Shown piece after piece: positions 39,756 to 50,657 of a stretch of DNA of 64,000 nucleotides (the stretch's first letter is position 1; each line of letters begins with the position of its first letter). The translations under genes were made by a program, and so were the position numbers. The notes beneath the pieces are model-generated. The model ran no database searches and was not told the DNA's origin. It saw nothing but the letters and a program-made list of their open reading frames with translations. The stretch comes from Candidatus Magasanikiibacteriota bacterium (GTDB taxonomy: Bacteria > Patescibacteriota > Patescibacteriia > Magasanikbacterales > GWA2-37-8). The DNA lies in the NCBI GenBank assembly GCA_963840935.1, contig CAWJAS010000001.1, positions 579,834-643,833 on the forward strand, given 5' to 3'.

Positions 39756-40503
39756 GTTTTATTTTTTTATAGATATCAAATACAAATTTATTGGTATTTT
39801 TTAAGTACTTAATAAAATTTACTATGCCACCGCCTTGAATTTTACTAAAATATTTCCACATTTCTCTATCAGAAATTTTTTTATCTAAATAATATTCCAT
39901 TATTTCTCTACCGGAATTCAACCAATTTTCGAAAAAATTAAAATTATCTTGCCAAGAAAATTTATATACCCATGAATTATCTTGTGGATTCTGGTACTTT
40001 GCCTTATTCAAATTCAAATACTTTAAATGAACGTGAAAATATTTGTATGTAAAACGTAATTTATTTTCAGATAAATCTACTATCCAACGATGATGGCTAG
40101 CGCCCGCCAATTTTTTTGCTTCAAGGCCAAAAGTTGTTTCGTATTTCTTTGAGGGAACCTCAATGTACCCCGCTTTGCTAACTCTTATCAATTCAGAACA
40201 AACCCAAAGTGGATCTCTGACGTCTTCCAAAACGTGCGAACAAATGCTAAAATCAAAAAATTTATCTTGAAAAGGCCAAGGTTCTCGAGAGCAAATATCA
40301 TGCTGAGTATAATTTTCTTTGGGCAACAATTTTCTTTGGCCGGGGCCTTTGCTGTTTTCAAATTTTACTTTATCGTACGATACAATGTCTATCAGATGAC
40401 TAGCCTGATTATGTGGGGCTGAGGCACCGCCAACATCTAAAATTCTAGAATTTGAAGGAAGGTTTTTTAGTAAGTCAGTATTATTTTTTTCGATTTGAAT
40501 CAT
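39727..40503 (-). CDS. class I SAM-dependent methyltransferase
   Basis: 'RILDVGGASAP' is SAM-binding motif I. Confidence 0.5.
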   Translation of the reverse strand: MIQIEKNNTDLLKNLPSNSRILDVGGASAPHNQASHLIDIVSYDKVKFENSKGPGQRKLLPKENYTQHDICSREPWPFQDKFFDFSICSHVLEDVRDPLWVCSELIRVSKAGYIEVPSKKYETTFGLEAKKLAGASHHRWIVDLSENKLRFTYKYFHVHLKYLNLNKAKYQNPQDNSWVYKFSWQDNFNFFENWLNSGREIMEYYLDKKISDREMWKYFSKIQGGGIVNFIKYLKNTNKFVFDIYKKIKHEKDIGNAG

Positions 40504-41449
40504 ATTTTATACCAATTTTTTTAATTAACCAAACAGGGTTTTTGAATAAATATTTAATGCCCAATTTAATTCTTTCTATCTTAGTCGGGTCAATCAAATT
40601 GCGCCTAATCCCCTTTTTAAAATATTTTCTGTATCTTTCCTCCATCATTTCTTTATAATTCGGAACCAATTCGCTAATATGCTTTTTTTGACCACCATGG
40701 TAAACATGAAAAATATCATATTCCAAAGCTTTCGGCAGATATTTATAATTTATTTTGTCATAAATTCCATAGCGCAATTCAATAACCGTGCGTTCAATTT
40801 GTTGCAATTCATTACTACTGGCGCTCCCACTCCCCTCGTAGCGTGTGTAATACAATAACGGTTCACCAATAATTTTTTTGAAATCAGTATTAAACGCGGC
40901 GCGAATTTGAAAATCAAAATCGCCACCCGACTTGAATTGTTCATCCCAGTAGCCGCATTTATCCAATAATTTTTTTCTAAAAAAATGATTGGGCCCAACA
41001 ATTGAACCGCGAGTAGCAACTTCTCTTGAAAATTCCGGCGCTTTAATGCGCAATCCATTAAAAATACCTTGGCCCGTTACCATAATAATATCGCCGTATG
41101 TAAAACCTTTGTCCGGATTATCCTCCAGGGTTTTTAACTGGCGACTGTAACAATCTATTTTTTTGTAGTCATCAACATCCGCATAAGTGACATATTCGGT
41201 GGTCGTCAGCGCAAAACCGCGATTAGTGGACGCGCCGATGCTTTCTCGCGGAACTTGTTCAATGCGAATATTGTCAGGATATTTATTTTTGAAATAATCT
41301 GCGATTTCTTTTTCTTTTTCGTTTGGGTCATTGAGAATTAAAATAATTACAAAATCATTAAAACCTTCAAGCCCTGTAATATTTTTGAAGTATGTTTCAA
41401 GATATTTTTCACTTTTATACGCCGATGTGACAATACTTAATTTTTTCAT
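40481..41449 (-). CDS. glycosyltransferase family 2
   Basis: 'LSIVTSAYKSEKYL...YADVDD' indicates GT2. Confidence 0.65.
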   Translation of the reverse strand: MKKLSIVTSAYKSEKYLETYFKNITGLEGFNDFVIILILNDPNEKEKEIADYFKNKYPDNIRIEQVPRESIGASTNRGFALTTTEYVTYADVDDYKKIDCYSRQLKTLEDNPDKGFTYGDIIMVTGQGIFNGLRIKAPEFSREVATRGSIVGPNHFFRKKLLDKCGYWDEQFKSGGDFDFQIRAAFNTDFKKIIGEPLLYYTRYEGSGSASSNELQQIERTVIELRYGIYDKINYKYLPKALEYDIFHVYHGGQKKHISELVPNYKEMMEERYRKYFKKGIRRNLIDPTKIERIKLGIKYLFKNPVWLIKKIGIKYDSNRKK

Positions 41450-41454
41450 GATTA

Positions 41455-42399
41455 TTATGCGTTATAATAATGATTTTTTACGTTGATTAATTCGCATACT
41501 TTAATAAGCTCATCAATTCCATCTTCCATACTAACTGTATTTTGGTATCCCAACTCATGTATTTTGTCGTAAGAAACCATATAGTCACGTTGATCAAAAT
41601 CATGGCCGACATCAGCAAAATGTAAATAATAATCAATCTTATTTTTTATCATTAAACACAGGTCTTCTTTGCTGTAATTCATCTTATTGTCGCCAACATT
41701 ATATACTTGACCCTTCATTTTTTCATAATTTTCTAAAGCAAATAAAAACGAACGTGCCATGTCACGCACATGAATAAAAGTACGCATAAAATGCTTTTCA
41801 TAAACAATCAGTGTTTTTTCATTTACTGCCCGATACACAAAATCATTCGGCATAAGGTCCAAGCGCATTCTTGGCGAAACACCAAAAGCAGTAGCAAAAC
41901 GATAAATTACATATTCGCCATTTTTTTCAATAATTTTTTCGCCTTCGGCTTTATGTTCACCATAATTTGTCAAAGGATTTAGAGGCGATGTCTCGGTGCA
42001 TAATTTTTCAATCATTTTTCCATAAGTACTTCCAGACGAAGCAAATAAAATTGGTTTTTGTCCATTTACCAAATCCACTAATAATTTTGTGGCATCAACA
42101 TTTATCTCTTTTGATTCGACCGGATATTTGCGACAAGCCGGATATCCGACAATACCAGCAAGATGAATAACAACATCAATATCGTCCAATGCGTTTTTTA
42201 TAATATCTTGATTACGGATATCGCCTTTGATAAATTCATAATTTGGATTCGAAAAAAATTGTATAATTGGATCTACGCCGAAATCCAATCTGTCTAAAAC
42301 TCGCACTTTATAATTTGATTCCAATAATAACTTTGTTAAGATACTGCCGATGTAACCCGCGCCACCTGTTACCAAAACTTTATTAAATTTATTTACCAT
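41455..42399 (-). CDS. NAD-dependent epimerase/dehydratase
   Basis: 'VLVTGGAGYIGS' is the Rossmann motif. Confidence 0.7.
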   Translation of the reverse strand: MVNKFNKVLVTGGAGYIGSILTKLLLESNYKVRVLDRLDFGVDPIIQFFSNPNYEFIKGDIRNQDIIKNALDDIDVVIHLAGIVGYPACRKYPVESKEINVDATKLLVDLVNGQKPILFASSGSTYGKMIEKLCTETSPLNPLTNYGEHKAEGEKIIEKNGEYVIYRFATAFGVSPRMRLDLMPNDFVYRAVNEKTLIVYEKHFMRTFIHVRDMARSFLFALENYEKMKGQVYNVGDNKMNYSKEDLCLMIKNKIDYYLHFADVGHDFDQRDYMVSYDKIHELGYQNTVSMEDGIDELIKVCELINVKNHYYNA

Positions 42400-42400
42400 A

Positions 42401-43198
42401 TTATTTATTAATAATAGTATTTAAATAATCATCTAAATATTCAGATGAATTTTTTAATTTTATTATTCTATTAATTTTTTCCACATTCATCTCATAAATT
42501 TGAGTTTCCGCATCATTGTTGACTTCGATTTTTTTATTAGAAAAATATTGCGCGATACAATCTTGCATATTCACCGTTGCAATTCCGCCAATATTATAAA
42601 CTTCATTAACCACTTTCTGATTAATTAAATTTTTTACTATTTTTGCAATTTCATTAGCGGTTATCATTTGAATTCTTGAATTTAATGTAACAAAAATAGG
42701 TTGACCGTTTATGACATCGAAAAGTGGACCTTTTTTTAAATTACTGCCCAATATCATGCTAGAACGTAATATTATATACGACTTGCAATACTTGCGTACT
42801 AGTATTTCACTTAAAAATTTATGCATACCATAGGGGCACAACTTCTTATAATCAATGTTAGTTATCTCGTCTGTTGTTTGTGGCGAGGAATGGTCAACAT
42901 AAACATCGCTCGATGATATATATATATATTTTCTATATTTAAAATCGAACAATGTTTTATAAACAGACTCAGTTGAAGCAATAAAGTCTTCAACAGGGTT
43001 TTGATTCGCCCAAAATCGACGACTGTTGCCGTTGGCATTTATTAAAATATCAAATTCATTGCCAACACAATCCAAATAGTTATCTTTATCAATTTTGGTA
43101 ACAATATATTCATCACTTAAATATGCCGCCAGATCTGACCCCAACACGCCCTGAGCGCCAATTACTGCGACTGTTTTTAATTTATTTGCGCTGGTCAT
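42401..43198 (-). CDS. SDR-type sugar-nucleotide reductase (RmlD-like)
   Basis: 'VAVIGAQGVLGSDL' is present. The start is set at 'MTSANKLK'. Confidence 0.45.
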   Translation of the reverse strand: MTSANKLKTVAVIGAQGVLGSDLAAYLSDEYIVTKIDKDNYLDCVGNEFDILINANGNSRRFWANQNPVEDFIASTESVYKTLFDFKYRKYIYISSSDVYVDHSSPQTTDEITNIDYKKLCPYGMHKFLSEILVRKYCKSYIILRSSMILGSNLKKGPLFDVINGQPIFVTLNSRIQMITANEIAKIVKNLINQKVVNEVYNIGGIATVNMQDCIAQYFSNKKIEVNNDAETQIYEMNVEKINRIIKLKNSSEYLDDYLNTIINK

Positions 43199-43952
43199 AT
43201 TCAAAAAATTTCTTTGAATAAATATATACATACGACGGCAAACCGCAAAGAGGAAACAATTGCAACTGCCCAAAACCAAGATTGTTAAATTCGTTTATTG
43301 CCTTTAGTTCACCATAATCAGGATGCCCATGATATGCCCAAATATCGTCGAAACGGAAAATCGCACCACTACTCAACAACGGCATAAGCCATTTTAAGGC
43401 CATAATGGTCGATGAATAATAATCGCAATCAATATTAATAATCGCCGGAGCAAATGTTACAAATTTATCTCTCAAATCGGTAGTTAATGTCGTATCATAA
43501 AAACCATCGACAGAATGAAAATTATCAATCGGAAATTTAGTTTCTCGAATAACTCCCAGAACCTGTTCCTTCGGATGTACCATCTGCGACTGACCCCAAA
43601 TTACATGATTATCACCGACCCCCTCCTTCGGCAAACCCTGAAAACTATCAAAAGCAAAAATGTGAAAATCATTAATATTCTTCTTGTAATCTTTGCAGAA
43701 TTTCTTCAATGCTAATATATATATTTTAATAGAACCGCCGCTAGCTACACCAAATTCATAATAATTCTTCGTTGGTGAATAATCATGACAAACAACATTT
43801 TGATATACTAAAGAGTCGTAAAAAAAAGAAAATAGGTTATCCTTTCTCTTGTACTGAAAAAGAAACAAGCCAATAGTTGCATTTAAAAACCTTTCCACAC
43901 TCAAACGTATTTGATAAATTTTTGAACTTTTTAATCGATCAATAAATTTCAT
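43182..43952 (-). CDS. TylF/MycF-family (macrocin-type) sugar O-methyltransferase
   Basis: 'INIDCDYYSST' and the overall TylF pattern are present. Confidence 0.55.
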   Translation of the reverse strand: MKFIDRLKSSKIYQIRLSVERFLNATIGLFLFQYKRKDNLFSFFYDSLVYQNVVCHDYSPTKNYYEFGVASGGSIKIYILALKKFCKDYKKNINDFHIFAFDSFQGLPKEGVGDNHVIWGQSQMVHPKEQVLGVIRETKFPIDNFHSVDGFYDTTLTTDLRDKFVTFAPAIINIDCDYYSSTIMALKWLMPLLSSGAIFRFDDIWAYHGHPDYGELKAINEFNNLGFGQLQLFPLCGLPSYVYIYSKKFFEYDQRK

Positions 43953-43962
43953 AATTTAATAT

Positions 43963-44922
43963 TTAATGCATAATAGCAAATGAATAATTATTTTTAAACC
44001 AATCAACGGTTTCTTGGATACCTTTTTCAAGCGAAGTTTCCGGTTGCCAACCCAAAGTTTCTTTCATTTTTTTGATTCCAAATGTTTTTTTCAGAGCACC
44101 ATCAGGCTTATCCGTATTAAAAGTAAAATCACCTTCATAGCCAATTACCTTCTTTATTGTTTCCGCCAAATCAATTACGGAAATTCCCACACCGGAAGCG
44201 ATGTTAATCGGCGCAACATCATCATAAAGTTCAGTCGCTTTCAAAATACCTTCCGCGCCATCTTTCACATACAACCAATCACGAATCGGTTTGCCCGAAC
44301 CCCAAATTTCAACAGTCGGCGCATTGTTCATTTTAGCTTCATAAATTTTTTTAATCAATCCCGCAAGAGCCTTGCTTTGTTCCGGGTTAAAGTGCTCACC
44401 CGGTCCATACATATTTGCCATTATCAAATGGATGGAATTAAAATTATGCTGTTTTTTGAGAGCCAACCCATAAACAGCCGTTGTTTTTCTTGAAAATCCA
44501 TAACTAAAAATTAATTCATGCACTTCACCATTCCAATAATCATTTTCATTTAATTCATCCTTTTCCAGGTAGCCGGGATAGGAACAGCCGGCAATAATAT
44601 TTACAAATTTTTCCACGCCATTTTGTTGCGCTGCTTTCATTAAAAAGGTTCCCATCATTAAATTATCAAAATACAAATCCGCTTGTTTGCCACTATGAAA
44701 CCCAATTCCTCCCTGCCATGCCGCACAATTTATCGCGACATCTGGCTTATGCGTGCTAAAAAAACGCTCACAATTCGCGAGAAGGCGAAAATCCCATCCA
44801 TCCGCGGTTCTGGGTATTATTATTTTACAATTGGCGCGTTTTTTTATGGACTCAATAATATGCTTGCCAAAAAAACCCCCACCCCCAAGCACGGCCACTT
44901 TTTTTTGATTGAGATTTAACAT
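43963..44922 (-). CDS. GDP-L-fucose synthase-like NAD-dependent epimerase/reductase (intact Fcl paralogue)
   Basis: 'VAVLGGGGFFG' is followed by 'AGCSYPGY...YGFSRK' and '...IWGSGKPIRDWLYVKD', which run parallel to the GMER motifs. Confidence 0.5.
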   Translation of the reverse strand: MLNLNQKKVAVLGGGGFFGKHIIESIKKRANCKIIIPRTADGWDFRLLANCERFFSTHKPDVAINCAAWQGGIGFHSGKQADLYFDNLMMGTFLMKAAQQNGVEKFVNIIAGCSYPGYLEKDELNENDYWNGEVHELIFSYGFSRKTTAVYGLALKKQHNFNSIHLIMANMYGPGEHFNPEQSKALAGLIKKIYEAKMNNAPTVEIWGSGKPIRDWLYVKDGAEGILKATELYDDVAPINIASGVGISVIDLAETIKKVIGYEGDFTFNTDKPDGALKKTFGIKKMKETLGWQPETSLEKGIQETVDWFKNNYSFAIMH

Positions 44923-44924
44923 AT

Positions 44925-46235
44925 TTAACTATTTACATTACTTAACAACAATTTTTTATTGCCAATTAGAATCGCGAGAGCGCCCACTGAATATGAAATC
45001 ATTGTTGCCCAGGCGGCGCCGGTAATGCCAAAATTGGAGATTAGGATAAAATTAAGCGCGATGTTTAACACCATCAAAAATAAATAAAAATAAAAAATTG
45101 TTTTCAAACGATTTTCCGCCAAAAAATATTGGTAAAATCCGGCGTTTAAAAAGAATCCTACTCCCGACCAAACATATATTCGTAAAATTCCGATTGATTC
45201 AAAATAGGCGTTGCCAAATAAAAAGTTCACTATTATTGGGGCGAATGCAGACAAGAGCAAGGCGATTACAACCGCCATTCCGCCAAGCAAAAAATATAAT
45301 TTTCGTAACCGGCTGAAAAATTTTTCTTGGCTTACTTTTCTTGCGTTTATTATGGCCGGAAGTAATGAACCGCAAATTATACCCGGAATAAAATACCAAA
45401 TTTCCACTAATTTTATAGCGGCAGAGTACAACCCGACTGCTGTTTCATCCAAAAAATGCCTGATCATCACTTGGTCAACACGCAAGAATATATATCCGGC
45501 GGCGGCGGCCAAAGCCAGAAGCCAAGCGCCTGATAAAATTTGTTTTGCCAGACGAACATCAAATCTCCAAGTGCTGAATTTGTAGCCACTTTTTAAATAA
45601 TTGAAAATGTACAATGCGAGAAGGGTTAATGATTCAACAACAAAAATTGCCATTAACCAAATAATCCCCTGTCCGGTCAAAATCAAAATTACTTTCAAAA
45701 CCGAAGCAACCAGCGCGGAAATAACTGTCGCCTGGACATTCTTTTTTGCCTGAACAGTTGATTGAAAATAAACGCTTATCACCCCAAATGCTGACCATAA
45801 AAAAGTTGAAGCGTATAAAATAATCAATCCTCGAACAAAATTTGATGATTCGAACAAAAGAGCGGAAATGAGAATTAATATAAAAGCGGTGATACTCCCA
45901 GCAAGCAATAATCCAAAACCGGTCCCCATTAGCTCGTCTTTTTTTTCGGGATTCTTTGCCAAATCTCGAAGTAAAATATTATGGATGCCCAAATAAGCAA
46001 TGAAAGTAAAAAGTCCGACAAACGCGACCGAGTAGCTTATGATTCCGTAATTTTCAGGGCCCAAATAACGCGCCAACCAAGCGCCGATAAAAAAAGAAAC
46101 AACAAGCGAAAACATTTGCCCAATAAACATCCAGCCGGTATTGGCAAAATATTTTTTGAACCCGGCGTGTTCCAAAATCCACTTCCAGCGCTCGGGTACA
46201 ATTTTGTTAATTTTTTGAAATAGAATGTCTATCAT
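44925..46235 (-). CDS. polysaccharide flippase (Wzx/MOP)
   Basis: The protein has about 12 TM helices with Wzx-like architecture. The start is at an internal Met to avoid overlap. Confidence 0.65.
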   Translation of the reverse strand: MIDILFQKINKIVPERWKWILEHAGFKKYFANTGWMFIGQMFSLVVSFFIGAWLARYLGPENYGIISYSVAFVGLFTFIAYLGIHNILLRDLAKNPEKKDELMGTGFGLLLAGSITAFILILISALLFESSNFVRGLIILYASTFLWSAFGVISVYFQSTVQAKKNVQATVISALVASVLKVILILTGQGIIWLMAIFVVESLTLLALYIFNYLKSGYKFSTWRFDVRLAKQILSGAWLLALAAAAGYIFLRVDQVMIRHFLDETAVGLYSAAIKLVEIWYFIPGIICGSLLPAIINARKVSQEKFFSRLRKLYFLLGGMAVVIALLLSAFAPIIVNFLFGNAYFESIGILRIYVWSGVGFFLNAGFYQYFLAENRLKTIFYFYLFLMVLNIALNFILISNFGITGAAWATMISYSVGALAILIGNKKLLLSNVNS

Positions 46236-46237
46236 AA

Positions 46238-47191
46238 TTAAATTGCTGAGTTTTGGTACCATTTGTAGGTAGATTCCAATCCTTCTTTCAATTCAAATTT
46301 TGGTTGCCAACCAAGATTATTGACTTTTGAACTGTCCATCAATCTTCCGGGGGTTCCGTCGGGCTTGGTTGTATCCCAAACAATATTTCCTTTGTATCCC
46401 GTAATTTCTTGAATCAAGTTTGCCAAATCTTTGATGTTTATATCTTTTCCAGCGCCCAAATTTACAAATATATCCCCTTTTTCATTTTGCTCTTTGGTCG
46501 GATTCAAATTATTCATGAGAAATATACAACCCTCTGCCATATCATCCACGTGCAAAAATTCACGACGAGGATTGCCTGTGCCCCAAAGTATTACTTCTTT
46601 ATCACCTTTAATTTTCGCTTCATGGAATTTGCGAATCATTGCCGGAATTACATGTGATTTTTCCAAATCAAAGTTATCATTAGGGCCATATAAATTAGCA
46701 GGCATTACGGAAATAAAATTTGTGCCATATTGACGATTGTAACTCTGACACATTTTTATGCCGGCGATTTTTGCCAAGGCGTACGGCTCATTGGTTGGCT
46801 CCAAAGTTCCGGTTAATAAATATTCTTCTTTGACGGGCTCTGGGGCAAATTTTGGATAAATGCAAACCGAACCCAAAAATAAAAGTTTTTTTACTCCGTT
46901 TACGTATGACTGGTGAATAATATTATTTTGAATTTGCAAATTTTCGTATATAAATTGTGCCGGGTATGTATTGTTTGCTTAAATCCCGCCGACTTTGGCG
47001 GCGGCCAAAATTACATACTCCGGTTTTTCTTGCGCGAAAAATTCGGCAGTTGCCTGTTGGTTTGTTAAATCAAGTTCTTCGATAGTGCGATAAACCAGAT
47101 TGTTGTAACCTTGGGCTTGCAAATTGCGGACCAAGGATGAACCGACAAGGCCGGTGTGGCCGGCGATGTAAATTTTGGATGTTTTTTGCAT
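46238..47191 (-). pseudogene. fcl: GDP-L-fucose synthase (fcl) interrupted by an in-frame TAA at 46979-46981
   Basis: The N-terminal part '[19 protein letters not shown]...AAKVGGI*' is followed in the same frame by '[22 protein letters not shown]...[13 protein letters not shown]'. The alignment to E. coli Fcl is collinear across the stop. Confidence 0.6.
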
Positions 47192-47203
47192 AATTTTTAA
47201 ATA

Positions 47204-47437
47204 AAATTCTTCGCTTCGCTCAGAATGACAGGTAACTGGATTCCCGCCTACGCGGGAATGACAGTGTGCGAATAAGATTGCTTCGGCGTCCCTTTGGGAC
47301 TTCTCGCAATGACAGGGCTTCGCTTCGCTACGCCCTGTAAACGCCAGGTTCACTTATTAACTACGCCCTGTAAACGCCAGATTCGCTTCGCTCAGAATGA
47401 CAACGAACTGGATTCCCGATCAAGTCGGGAATGACAA
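47204..47437. repeat. cluster of short GC-rich hairpin repeats (units ending ...cgc(t/a)(cag)aatgaca, and cagggcttcgcttcgctacgccctg) filling gmd-fcl spacer
   Basis: There are at least five sub-elements, and the same units recur at 16043, 16889, 28838, 50921 and 51226. Confidence 0.8.
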
Positions 47438-48448
47438 TTAGGATTCGCACATTATGGCTACGAGCTCTTTGAATTTAACTTTCGGTTCCCAACCAAGAAT
47501 ATTTTTTGCCTTGGTGGCATCGCCCAAAAGCAAATCCACTTCAGCCGGTCGAAAATATCGCTCATCAATTTCAATAATTGTTTTACCGGTATTTTTATCA
47601 ATTCCTTTTTCATCTTTTCCACTGCCTTGCCAAACAATATCAAAACCAAAAAAATTTCCCGCAGTTTCCGCGAATTCCCGCACAGTATGCGTTTCACCTG
47701 TGGCTATCACATAATCATCCGGTTTATCTTGCTGGAGCATCAGCCACATCGCTTCTACATAATCCTTGGCATATCCCCAATCGCGTTTGGCATCAAGATT
47801 ACCCAGATAAAGTTTTTCTTGTTTTCCTTCTTTGATATTTTTGAGCGCGTCGGTAATTTTTTTGGTGACAAAAGTTCCACCCCTGCGTGGCGATTCATGA
47901 TTAAACAAAATTCCATTGCAGGCAAACAAACCGTATGACTCGCGATAATTAACGGTTAAATAATGCGAATAAACCTTGGCGCACCCGTATGGACTGCGAG
48001 GATAAAACGGGGTGGTTTCTTTTTGCGGAGTTTCTTGAACTTTGCCAAACATTTCTGATGAGCCGGCTTGATAAAATTTTGTTTTTATACCCGATTCTTT
48101 GATCGCGTCAAGCAAGCGCAAAGTGCCGAGCCCAACGGTGTTACCGGTGTAAACCGGCATGTCAAAACTGACCTTCACATGACTTTGCGCGCCCAGATTA
48201 TATATTTCATCCGGCTTAATTTGCTCCAATAGTCGAGAAATATTACTGCCGTCAGTCAAGTCGCCATAATGCAAAAACAATTTTACTCCATTTACATGCG
48301 GGTCCTCATAAAGATGGTCTATACGCGAAGTATTAAAAGTACTGCTCCGGCGAATGAGGCCGTGGACTTCATAACCTTTTTCCAAAAGCAGTTCCGCCAA
48401 ATATGAACCGTCTTGACCGGTAATGCCGGTGATTAAAGCTTTTTTCAT
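47438..48448 (-). CDS. gmd: GDP-mannose 4,6-dehydratase
   Basis: '[19 protein letters not shown]' is present, and the C-terminal '...VAIMCES' resembles E. coli Gmd '...VAIALES'. Confidence 0.9.
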   Translation of the reverse strand: MKKALITGITGQDGSYLAELLLEKGYEVHGLIRRSSTFNTSRIDHLYEDPHVNGVKLFLHYGDLTDGSNISRLLEQIKPDEIYNLGAQSHVKVSFDMPVYTGNTVGLGTLRLLDAIKESGIKTKFYQAGSSEMFGKVQETPQKETTPFYPRSPYGCAKVYSHYLTVNYRESYGLFACNGILFNHESPRRGGTFVTKKITDALKNIKEGKQEKLYLGNLDAKRDWGYAKDYVEAMWLMLQQDKPDDYVIATGETHTVREFAETAGNFFGFDIVWQGSGKDEKGIDKNTGKTIIEIDERYFRPAEVDLLLGDATKAKNILGWEPKVKFKELVAIMCES

Positions 48449-48450
48449 AA

Positions 48451-50463
48451 TTATTCTGTTGTTACTGTCCCCGTGGTTGAAGACACATACGGCGCGAATA
48501 TTTGGTCAATCGCCGTTTGATCATTGGCTGTTATGTTTGCGCCATTTTCCTCCGCCCAATCCATCATCTCAAAAGCTTTTTCAATTTCATTCATAGAAAG
48601 ATATGTATAAGCCAAACGCCAATAGCTCTCGCCCACTTTTTTATTTTCTTCCACCGCTTGCAAAAGAAGCTCGATTGATTTATCGGGTTGTCCCATTTGC
48701 ATGTGAAGTGTGGCGAGCGAGAAAATAAGCTGTTGACGCTTTGGCGAATATTTGAGCGCGGAGTTCAAACAATTCAATGAATCACTCAAATGCAAAGGGT
48801 TATTTTCCAAATAGGCTTTCATTTGCGCCAATTGCGCCAAACTAATAAAGTTTCGCACGTCATAAGGGTGCAATAACGTATTTTTCTCCAGTTCCGAATA
48901 CGATAAATCAAGAATATTTTTTGCCAAATTTGAATCAATCTGTTGGCCATAGGCGGAGATAAGCTGAGTTGCCGTTCTGCTAATATCGCTTCTAATGTCA
49001 TCAATATGCGGAGATTTATTATCAAAAGCAACGCGCATTTTTTCCAGCCCCAAAACAGGGTCGGTTGAAAGCGCCTTGATAGCGTCAAGGGTTTTCATAT
49101 TGGCTGATGCTGATTGAATGTTATAGGCGTTAATTGACAAAATAACTATTAAACCGGTGATGATAAGCGCTGGTGGACCGATTTTTTTATCATCTTTTCT
49201 TAATATCTCTTCTTCGTGGCGAATCGCTTCCACATCGGTTGTTTTATTAAGAGTCAGCCGATTAATCATCGCGAGCCAGAACATAAAATACAAATATGAT
49301 GTGATATTTTCAAATACCGTGATATTGCCAATAAAATGCGCTACCAAAAATCCACTTCCAATGGCAAGCAAATGAATGTCTATTTCTTTTTTGCGATAAC
49401 CCATTACGAGCGCCCAAAAAGCGACAAAAAATACGCCAAAATATGTGATAATGCCAAGCGCGCCCTGAACCGAAAGCGTGTTCATTACAATATTATGGGC
49501 GTTATCAAACCATGTTTCTCCATAGCCAAAATCAAGCGAACGCGGATTATAGTGCTGATTAAAAGCGTAAAAATAATTATTCGGGCCCCAGCCAAAAGCG
49601 GGTCGTTCAAGAAAGCTGTCCCAAGCGATTTCCCAGGCAATCCATCGGGGCGATGCTTTAATATCGGCAAGCGATGTGTTAACCGCTCTGCCAACCGCGG
49701 GAATATCTTTTACAAAATCAGTTTGACGATTGGCATACAAAACTCCGACAAAAATAATCATCAAGGCGATGGCACTGCCAATTACAATTCTTGTTTTTTT
49801 GTATCCGCGAAGAGCAATGGCATAAATTAAAAGCGTGGCGCCAATTCCGGCCACAAGTCCAAGCATGGCTCCGCGAGTTCCGCTAAAAAATAATCCTAGT
49901 ATGATAAAAATAAGCATTATGGCATAGGTATATTTCCAAATGCGATTTTTATCTTTCAAAATTAAAAGTACGGCCATGAAAGCCAAAAACAAAGCATAAC
50001 CGCCGACATAAATCGGATTGCCAAGGGTGCTCGCAATTCGTTCGGCGCCTTGATTCAAAAGTAATTGAGGGTTGCCGACCTGCAAAAGCCCAATAAACAT
50101 GACCGCGAGTCCGGCAAACAAAAAGATTCTCATGGCCCATTTCCATGAAGTCCAATTTTTTAGGAACTTTGAACACATCAAATAAAAAATAAAATAATGT
50201 ATGATGGTGAAAAAACCAAGCATTCTTTCGTGGTTATCCCAAAAACTGTGGTATGTGTCTGTGCCAAAAAAAGTGGATAAACCAAAACTCAAAATATAGA
50301 AACAAAAAACCGCGATGGTGAGCGGAGTAAAAGTCGGCTTGTATTCTTTCCAGTTGATTATCAAAAGCAAAACATACACGCCAAGCATTATCTCGATGAT
50401 GGTTCTAAAAATTACAATTTTTGGAACAATAAAACGGAAAAATGAATGAACCGGGCAAAACAA
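48451..50463 (-). CDS. O-antigen ligase/polymerase-like membrane protein with C-terminal TPR domain
   Basis: The N-terminal ~420 aa are polytopic, and the C-terminus has TPR-like repeats ('[33 protein letters not shown]'). Confidence 0.5.
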   Translation of the reverse strand: MFCPVHSFFRFIVPKIVIFRTIIEIMLGVYVLLLIINWKEYKPTFTPLTIAVFCFYILSFGLSTFFGTDTYHSFWDNHERMLGFFTIIHYFIFYLMCSKFLKNWTSWKWAMRIFLFAGLAVMFIGLLQVGNPQLLLNQGAERIASTLGNPIYVGGYALFLAFMAVLLILKDKNRIWKYTYAIMLIFIILGLFFSGTRGAMLGLVAGIGATLLIYAIALRGYKKTRIVIGSAIALMIIFVGVLYANRQTDFVKDIPAVGRAVNTSLADIKASPRWIAWEIAWDSFLERPAFGWGPNNYFYAFNQHYNPRSLDFGYGETWFDNAHNIVMNTLSVQGALGIITYFGVFFVAFWALVMGYRKKEIDIHLLAIGSGFLVAHFIGNITVFENITSYLYFMFWLAMINRLTLNKTTDVEAIRHEEEILRKDDKKIGPPALIITGLIVILSINAYNIQSASANMKTLDAIKALSTDPVLGLEKMRVAFDNKSPHIDDIRSDISRTATQLISAYGQQIDSNLAKNILDLSYSELEKNTLLHPYDVRNFISLAQLAQMKAYLENNPLHLSDSLNCLNSALKYSPKRQQLIFSLATLHMQMGQPDKSIELLLQAVEENKKVGESYWRLAYTYLSMNEIEKAFEMMDWAEENGANITANDQTAIDQIFAPYVSSTTGTVTTE

Positions 50464-50657
50464 TGAGTGGAATAAAAAATGCCGTGTAAATAAGAATTTT
50501 GATAAGAAGCTCTAATTTTTGGCGATACATAAATTATGCTAAAAATCCGGACTTGCCGGTTGAATAATATTCATATATTTTATGGCAAAATGGAAGCAAT
50601 GTCAAACGAATTAATCTTGATTATTTGGGGAATTAATGATATTTTATTTTAATAATA

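Noticed and set aside
46979-47353. ORF '[50 protein letters not shown]...' as an independent gene
   Set aside because: Its N-terminal 54 aa are a read-through translation of the hairpin repeat cluster. Only the part from '[12 protein letters not shown]' (47191) is fcl.
47204-47437. CRISPR array
   Set aside because: The units are heterogeneous in sequence and length and directly abut one another without unique spacers. No cas genes are nearby.
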